Positions 58,413 through 64,000 of a DNA stretch of 64,000 nucleotides are shown one piece after another. Under the pieces are notes generated by a model, which saw nothing but the letters and a program-made list of their open reading frames with translations, was not told where the DNA came from and searched no databases. The translations under genes and the position numbers were made by a program. The stretch comes from Bacteroidales bacterium (lineage in GTDB: Bacteria; Bacteroidota; Bacteroidia; Bacteroidales; VadinHA17): contig JBEKDR010000033.1 of the NCBI GenBank assembly GCA_050014255.1, positions 2,064 to 66,063 of the forward strand, given 5' to 3'. Positions within the stretch are counted from its first letter, which is position 1. Every line of letters starts with the position of its first letter.

Positions 58413-60311
58413 TTATGTCGGCGGATGCAGCCGTTTATGAAACCACATGCGCACCGAACGCATGGTTTCAAACTGGTTTAAAGGCGCGTGACGATGGCAA
58501 GTAGACCGTTCATCGCTGTTTTCAGGTGCCCCCCAGCGGATTTCGATTCCATCATTCGGATTATAAGCCATTTCAAAGATATCCCTTCTTTTAAGTATTT
58601 CCCCGACAGTCAGTTTTTGTTGAGAGCCATTTGTGCGGAAATAATTTATCGATAGTTCGGAAACCTTTTGATCCAGGATCGACTGAAGCTTTTTCTTAAC
58701 CTGCTCCGGAAAGGCTAGTCCTGAAGTATTAAAATCCTCCGGTGAACTGACAACCAGGTCCGGGAAATCCAGAACTGCATCCATCGCAATCAAAAGCCTT
58801 AAATCGCGGTTAGGAGTTGAAAAGTCTTCCCATTGACCACCGGCCTGAAAAATTCCGTTAGCGCTGGAAGGCATAGGTATTATAGCACCAGGGTGTAATT
58901 TAAAAAAAGCTTCGCCATTAGCAACTGAAGTGACACGTACCATTAGTTGTTCATGAAGTGCCTCGATCAAGTCGAGTAATGCGGTTTCGGGGTCAAGTGG
59001 CTTCGGGTTGATTAATCGCTCCATGGTATGATAGAAAACATCGGTTTTCATTTTTCTCTGCTGAAGTGAAAAGGGAACGAACCCGGCTGACGCGGTCAGT
59101 GTTTTGTTTCCTGTGAGGCTTAGCACACCCTTTTTCACCAAAATGGGGCGAAAAGCCTTGAACCCGGGTTCCCCGATCACTCCGGAGGTGTTAAACAGAA
59201 AATTTCCTTTCCAAAACCGTTTGATTCCTACTGTCCCGTCGGGTTGAGCATCTACCGCAAGTAATAAACCCGGATGGGCTTTTGATTGAGGTACCCAGCC
59301 TGTGAGAATGAGTGTATGTCCGTAAGGATCCGCATAAACAGTACCAGGAATTAAGGTTTGACGTTCGAGCGGGATGGGATAATAATCGGAATTCTCATCA
59401 TCAAATGCAGTTCTGGCCGTGCCTGAATGTACACCATTCATAACTCTTCTGAGAAAGGCATCGAATGCAAGTACAGGATTGGTTTTCGAACCGGAAGTTT
59501 CATTTGTTATCCATCGTCCCGCTTTTGGATTATGCACAAGGCTGCCTCTGTCGCACTCATGGTAACCAAACGGGAGACCCAGTTTCCATGCAAAATATGC
59601 TCTCAGGCAAAATGGATTATCAGCACAATCAGGCTGCATGATCACTTTGTTTTTTCCGTTAGGTTCATCTTCGCCAAGTGAGAAGTAGTTGTAAAGAAAA
59701 TTCTGGTTTTGATTTTGTGTTACCTCATTTAGTGCAGACCAGGAAGCGTTTTCGTCGCAGTCCTGAAATAAAGCGTTTATCCAGGCAGAGTAAATTTCCT
59801 CCTTACCACCATCCCATCCACCGAGTGTCTTCCATACCTCATCAGTTGGATGAGTCACCTCCCGCGGAGAAATTGTAAACTCCAGATTACTGACTGGTTT
59901 TTTATCGGCAATTAAAGTGACCTTATATTTACCGGCAGAGCTTCCGGTAAAATCATCAATCCGCCAATAAGGAAATCCTTCTCCCATTTTACTTTTCAGG
60001 GATTCCAGTCTGCCGGAAGAGCCGCTGACAATGATCTGCGCTTTCCGGATATTTTCTCCTCCGGTGGCCAAAATGCGAAATACTTCGCCCGGACCCGGAT
60101 TTTTGGGTAAAACCAGCAAAGTATTAACCGGCTGGTATTCATCAATAGTCCCGTTATCTTTTGTTGAATCTGACATTTCTGACGTTACCAGGCCTCTCTT
60201 CGGGGAAGAACTATTATCGCAGGATATTATAAAATTGAATATTAAAGGAATAGTCAGACTTAAGATCAGCCAACGAATATTGGTGGCGGTAAAGGTTTTT
60301 ACGATTGACAT
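58413..60311 (-). CDS. Hypothetical large lipoprotein
   Basis: The ORF track begins at a TTG (60356). The first ATG at 60311 gives MSIVKTF...LIFNFIISCDNSS, a lipobox-like signal. No family recognised. Confidence 0.5.
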   Translation of the reverse strand: MSIVKTFTATNIRWLILSLTIPLIFNFIISCDNSSSPKRGLVTSEMSDSTKDNGTIDEYQPVNTLLVLPKNPGPGEVFRILATGGENIRKAQIIVSGSSGRLESLKSKMGEGFPYWRIDDFTGSSAGKYKVTLIADKKPVSNLEFTISPREVTHPTDEVWKTLGGWDGGKEEIYSAWINALFQDCDENASWSALNEVTQNQNQNFLYNYFSLGEDEPNGKNKVIMQPDCADNPFCLRAYFAWKLGLPFGYHECDRGSLVHNPKAGRWITNETSGSKTNPVLAFDAFLRRVMNGVHSGTARTAFDDENSDYYPIPLERQTLIPGTVYADPYGHTLILTGWVPQSKAHPGLLLAVDAQPDGTVGIKRFWKGNFLFNTSGVIGEPGFKAFRPILVKKGVLSLTGNKTLTASAGFVPFSLQQRKMKTDVFYHTMERLINPKPLDPETALLDLIEALHEQLMVRVTSVANGEAFFKLHPGAIIPMPSSANGIFQAGGQWEDFSTPNRDLRLLIAMDAVLDFPDLVVSSPEDFNTSGLAFPEQVKKKLQSILDQKVSELSINYFRTNGSQQKLTVGEILKRRDIFEMAYNPNDGIEIRWGAPENSDERSTCHRHAPLNQFETMRSVRMWFHKRLHPPT

Positions 60312-60393
60312 TTTGAAATTAATATGAATCAAATATATGTTTTTTAAATTTTTCAACCATGGGAAATAGTATTTCCTCAGGCTTGAATAAAAG

Positions 60394-60425
60394 GAACCCG
60401 GTCTGAAAAATTTCAGACCGGGTTC
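60394..60425 (-). terminator. Rho-independent terminator of 60460-60969
   Basis: Perfect 15-bp palindrome GAACCCGGTCTGAAA/TTTCAGACCGGGTTC, followed on the minus strand by CTTTTATT. Confidence 0.6.
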
Positions 60426-60459
60426 TTAATCAATTAATTAATAATTTTGAAAATTACAT

Positions 60460-60969
60460 TTACCTTCCTCTTCCGCCATGGAATCCGCCACCACCACCAA
60501 AACCACCATGGTATCCACCACCATAGCCTCCGCGGAAGTTATATACTATACTCGGTCCCCAGCCCCAGCCTAAGTAGCCATAAGGCCAGCCCCAGCCCAA
60601 ACCAAAAGCTCCATAATAGAACCCATTGGCCATCCACCAGTAAGATGAATCAGAATACCGCTGATCTTGCTGGATTAAATCAAGCTTTGTCTGTTCCATA
60701 TAGTTTATGACTGAATCCTGGACTCCCTGATCATGAAGCTTGGCTAACTGATCTGCTTTAAGTCCGTAAGCTGTATGGGATTTTTGTATTTCACTGATAA
60801 TATCCTTTGATGAAGCTCCGTCCTTACTCATTTGTATGATATCAGGTACTGTCAGAAGCTGTGCATTTTCAGGATATGGACGGTATACAATGCAACTTTG
60901 GAGAATTGCTATACCAGAGATAAATAACGATAACCAGATCGCATTTTTTAAATTTATTAGATTTTTCAT
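60460..60969 (-). CDS. Lipoprotein with a Gly/aromatic-rich low-complexity C-terminal tail
   Basis: 169 aa. Lipobox ILQSC. The C-terminal ~60 aa read GFYYGAFGLGWGWPYGYLGWGWGPS...GGYGGGYHGGFGGGGGFHGGRGR. Confidence 0.6.
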   Translation of the reverse strand: MKNLINLKNAIWLSLFISGIAILQSCIVYRPYPENAQLLTVPDIIQMSKDGASSKDIISEIQKSHTAYGLKADQLAKLHDQGVQDSVINYMEQTKLDLIQQDQRYSDSSYWWMANGFYYGAFGLGWGWPYGYLGWGWGPSIVYNFRGGYGGGYHGGFGGGGGFHGGRGR

Positions 60970-61207
60970 TTTAATTCCCTCCTCAAATCTATCTTTTAAA
61001 TCATTTTTTCAATAGCTAATTCCCAAAGTATATTACAAATTTGATGCCTAAATGCACTTTATGATACCGGAATGTTGTTAATGAAGTGTTAATAATTGAA
61101 GAGATATAGTAAGAATCTTATTAACAGATCCTATATTCAAATAACCGGGCCGTGTGAAGAGAATTTGAACCGATTGCTATTTTACTTGTTTAATTGAAAA
61201 TAGCTAG

Positions 61208-61729
61208 ATGAAAAAAATTACCTTATTAATATATACTATAATGATCTTCAGTTCAGTCCGATCCCAGCAGGCACCATCAGTTGTATCAACTGTCGACCTT
61301 AAAAGATATCAGGGTGTCTGGTATGAAATTGCCCGCCTTCCAAATTTTTTTGAGAGAAAGCTGAAGTGCATTTCTGCAACGTATACACTCCGTAATGATG
61401 GCAGAATAACAGTCCTGAATAAAGGAAATTATCTGACTGATCCTCAAAAGTCGACATCGTCAAAAGGCGTTGCCTGGATCCCTGATAAAAATAGCCCGGC
61501 CAAACTCAAAGTACAGTTTTTCTGGCCATTTTCAGGAGATTACTGGATTATGGATCTTGATAAAGAATATAAATATGTTCTCGTCGGTGATCCATCGTTT
61601 AAATATCTCTGGATACTTGCAAGAGAGAAGAAAATGGATGAATCAACGTACAATTTGTTGCTCGGGAAAGCAATTGAAAACGGATATGATTTAAAATCAA
61701 TTATAAGAGTGCAGCAGGATTGCGAGTGA
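61208..61729 (+). CDS. blc: Bacterial lipocalin (Blc-like)
   Basis: 173 aa. The VDLKRYQGVWYEIARLPNFFE motif is diagnostic of Blc-type lipocalins. Confidence 0.85.
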   Translation: MKKITLLIYTIMIFSSVRSQQAPSVVSTVDLKRYQGVWYEIARLPNFFERKLKCISATYTLRNDGRITVLNKGNYLTDPQKSTSSKGVAWIPDKNSPAKLKVQFFWPFSGDYWIMDLDKEYKYVLVGDPSFKYLWILAREKKMDESTYNLLLGKAIENGYDLKSIIRVQQDCE

Positions 61730-61739
61730 GTACCCCCTC

Positions 61740-61865
61740 GCCCGCCAACCGGCGGGCACTCCCCCTTTGCAGGGGGAGAAAATTCTGCATTTAAGTAATA
61801 TTCATTTTAAAAAAGCGTATTTTCGCCCCTCCAGGGGAGATGTCATCCGCCAGTTGGCGGATGAC
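61740..61865. repeat. Cluster of GC-rich palindromes (REP-like) between convergent gene ends
   Basis: GCCCGCC-AACC-GGCGGGC (61740-61757), CTCCCCC-TTTGCA-GGGGGAG (61759-61778), CCCCT-CC-AGGGG (61826-61837) and GTCATCCGCC-AGTT-GGCGGATGAC (61842-61865). Confidence 0.8.
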
Positions 61866-61892
61866 AGAGGGGTTTTGATACAATTTAAAACT

Positions 61893-63458
61893 CTAATTTA
61901 CAGGAACATAAACCAGCTCAATCCCATAGTTCTTTCCCAGATTGCGGCTATATTTTTTTTCAGCAGCATTGTTCCAGTGCTCCATTACACCCAGGCTTTT
62001 CAACCGTGTCCCATCACGTTCAGGATCATAGAAAGTTTTGGAAGGCGGATTTTCAGCGAGGGCAGACTCAATTAAATATTTTTCGCTATATGCCAGATCA
62101 GGATTATCGGGCCATTCCGACCTTATAAAATCAAGCCCTACAGCATCAACCGCCACTCCATCCTGCGAAGCGAACAGGCTTGAACACCAGCGGTTATTAA
62201 AAGGAGCCATTCTCCATTTATCTTTATTCAATGGAGGACCATCCTGAGAACGGGCACCATAGAATCCGTCAATCATAAACAATAATGTTTTCCCTCCGAG
62301 ATCTTTATGCCCGAGGAAATCAGTAAAGGTCATATATTTATCTTTCCCCTGAGGATCCTGGTTGAAGTTGTCATGAGCATTTTTCCTCCAACTTCTGTCA
62401 ATACTTGTTGCTCCGTAAAAATTCTTTCCACAGAGAGTAACACCTTGCCCTATATGCCCTTTCAATAAGGCCAGATTTATAATATAATCTGCTTCGACGG
62501 CACATGTTGCCAGACCTGTTGCAAGTTTCCCGTTATCGACAGAATAAGGAATTGCCTTTTCAACATAAGTGGATTTAACACGTCCATCCCCTCCTTCATT
62601 ATCAACAAAAATGACATCAGGGAAATCTTTATGGCATTTATTAAAGATATTATCAGTTATGAAACGGCTGGCATCGAAGATTGTAATATCCTTCTGGGGC
62701 ACACCTCCTTCTTTGGTAAGACTGGCAATTAAGGCATATACCAGCTGAGGAGTACCATTCAGACCTGTTGTATCAGCATGACTACGGGTATTGTTCTGAT
62801 TGATCTTGACGGCAATCTTCTGATTAATTGCATATCCACTTGTGAATTTCTTTTTCTCCTTATTAAAATTCTTAAAAAGCGCATCCCAGGCAAATGCTTC
62901 TGTACTCTTTCCGGTAAGTGATTTCAGCACATTTTCAAGCATCTTATCTACTTCAACCTGTGAAGTACATTTTTCATCCCACCAGTATTTATTTGTTCCG
63001 TCCCATGTTGCAACTTTTGGATCAAAAACCCATACTACACGACCCGGGAATATCCCATGTTCAACACCAACAGGCGAATTTGAAAGAACGCTGTTTACAT
63101 CAACAGTGCTGGCGTTTACTTCTTCAGTTTTATTGGTCAGAAACAATAAAGTACATACAAGCGCAATAGCAAAAAAGGAGGCTGCATATAAATATCTGGC
63201 CTTCCTGAAATGATTTTTTCCTTTTCTAAAAGCAAAAACGGAACCAGATAACGAAAACATATAAATGACAAATGTCGACATTATTGGCGCAGCAGCTCTC
63301 ATGCAAGGATAAGTTGCTCTTTGTGGTTTTGGAATTACTCTGATCAGGAACCAGATTGTTGAAGAGATCCCTAATGCAAAAAAAACTACTTTGGGCAGAA
63401 TCGACTTTCCAGGCAGGCTCTTAAGCTTAAGAAAGAACAATTTTAACTTTGCTTTCAT
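61893..63458 (-). CDS. Membrane-anchored DUF362-like protein
   Basis: 521 aa with N-terminal TM segments. KIAVKINQNN...GTPQLVYALI and LALLKGHIGQGVTLCGKNFYG resemble the DUF362 pattern. The assignment was made by eye only. Confidence 0.45.
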   Translation of the reverse strand: MKAKLKLFFLKLKSLPGKSILPKVVFFALGISSTIWFLIRVIPKPQRATYPCMRAAAPIMSTFVIYMFSLSGSVFAFRKGKNHFRKARYLYAASFFAIALVCTLLFLTNKTEEVNASTVDVNSVLSNSPVGVEHGIFPGRVVWVFDPKVATWDGTNKYWWDEKCTSQVEVDKMLENVLKSLTGKSTEAFAWDALFKNFNKEKKKFTSGYAINQKIAVKINQNNTRSHADTTGLNGTPQLVYALIASLTKEGGVPQKDITIFDASRFITDNIFNKCHKDFPDVIFVDNEGGDGRVKSTYVEKAIPYSVDNGKLATGLATCAVEADYIINLALLKGHIGQGVTLCGKNFYGATSIDRSWRKNAHDNFNQDPQGKDKYMTFTDFLGHKDLGGKTLLFMIDGFYGARSQDGPPLNKDKWRMAPFNNRWCSSLFASQDGVAVDAVGLDFIRSEWPDNPDLAYSEKYLIESALAENPPSKTFYDPERDGTRLKSLGVMEHWNNAAEKKYSRNLGKNYGIELVYVPVN

Positions 63459-63509
63459 GATTAATTTTTTTTATAAAGATAATCCTGTTTTTGGATTATT
63501 ATAATAGGA

Positions 63510-63542
63510 TAAAAAAAAGAGGGACATGCCACGGCATGTCCC
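63510..63542 (-). terminator. Rho-independent terminator of the partial OMP gene
   Basis: GGGACATGC-CACG-GCATGTCCC (63521-63542), followed on the minus strand by TCTTTTTTTT (63511-63520). Confidence 0.7.
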
Positions 63543-63586
63543 TATATATGTGCAAAATTTTTCCTTATAAAACTGTTTGATAAAAA

Positions 63587-64000
63587 TTACAGTTTAAGAG
63601 CGACACCAATGTTAAGATAGGTTATGCCATATCCTAATTCTGCCATAACAGCAAATTTACTACTGAAATAATATCTTGCACCGACAAACCATGCCCCAAC
63701 AAGGCCACCGGTTGATGCACTATAGTCATAACCATAGATTGCGGTTCCAAACTCTTTTGATGATGCAATGTCGTAACCAAGCAAAATACCTGTATATGTA
63801 TCCAGTTTATTCACCAAAGGATAATGGAACACGCCTCTCGCACCAATTATAAAGTTTGAATATTTATAACCCCAGTTGTCATATTCCCATTTATGAGAGG
63901 AGTAACCCAGGTAACCGCCGACACCGATAGATCCTTTGTCGAGAATACCATCCTTAACTCCAAACTCAAGAGAAGCTGAGATAGGAGGTACTGAGCTTGT
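63587..64000 (-). CDS. Outer-membrane beta-barrel protein, C-terminal part (the 5' end lies beyond the window)
   Basis: The frame stays open from 64000 down to the stop at 63587 (...GVGGYLGYSSHKWEYDNWGYKYSNFIIGARGVFHYPL...ELGYGITYLNIGVALKL). Alternating aromatic/Gly strands are typical of small OMP barrels. Confidence 0.55.
   Translation of the reverse strand, partial: TSSVPPISASLEFGVKDGILDKGSIGVGGYLGYSSHKWEYDNWGYKYSNFIIGARGVFHYPLVNKLDTYTGILLGYDIASSKEFGTAIYGYDYSASTGGLVGAWFVGARYYFSSKFAVMAELGYGITYLNIGVALKL

Noticed and set aside
60447-60710. His-rich 87-aa plus-strand ORF (HHHQNHHGIHHH)
   Set aside because: It is antisense to the Gly-rich tail of the lipoprotein gene, where the GGN codons read as NCC/CCA on the other strand. 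It has no independent start context.
61767-62075. 102-aa plus-strand ORF starting in the palindrome cluster
   Set aside because: It begins inside REP-like hairpins and runs antisense into the 3' end of the DUF362-like gene. No motif was recognised.

Overview
This is an AT-rich, Bacteroidota-type chromosomal segment, judged from SprA/T9SS, a FISUMP lipoprotein, a TTTG/TAnnTTTG-type promoter and GH2 enzymes. Positions 1-23.6 kb form a compact, almost entirely minus-strand housekeeping block. It holds a GH65 phosphorylase-pgmB-MFS maltose operon, sprA, ruvA, pdxA, pepA, an Mqn-type radical SAM gene, rseP, dxr, an M23 peptidase, a SOR-like protein and a tightly overlapping five-gene operon of unknown function that ends in a secreted YidD-domain protein. 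At 23.9-24.3 kb an initiator-type tRNA-Met is preceded, in exact 88-bp register, by three tRNA-Met-like pseudo-units that carry GC-rich palindromes. Positions 24.3-50.2 kb look like a patchwork accessory region. It contains gene relics (internally deleted SDR and amidohydrolase copies, a tRNA-Met 3' half, a ComM/YifB fragment), an esterase, and a Tat-signal fused GMC dehydrogenase with a nonaheme cytochrome c. The best candidate for an undescribed system is a convergent cluster at 32.2-40.5 kb. It encodes a TIR-SiaB-SiaC triple fusion, a REC-PP2C phosphatase and a 1801-aa pseudokinase-STAND-TPR-GAF-histidine kinase. The two outer genes share a 59-bp inverted repeat covering promoter-proximal DNA plus the first 8 codons. 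Further right lie a secreted caspase-TPR protein, a beta-helix-like lipoprotein and a membrane-anchored AraC-TPR regulator, linked by shared 20-bp repeat arrays. The window ends with two GH2 paralogues, an SRD5A-like/SDR pair, lipoproteins, a lipocalin, a DUF362-like protein and a partial outer-membrane barrel. I recognised no CRISPR array, rRNA, transposase, integrase or phage structural gene. All calls come from reading the sequence and ORF translations; no database search or folding program was run.
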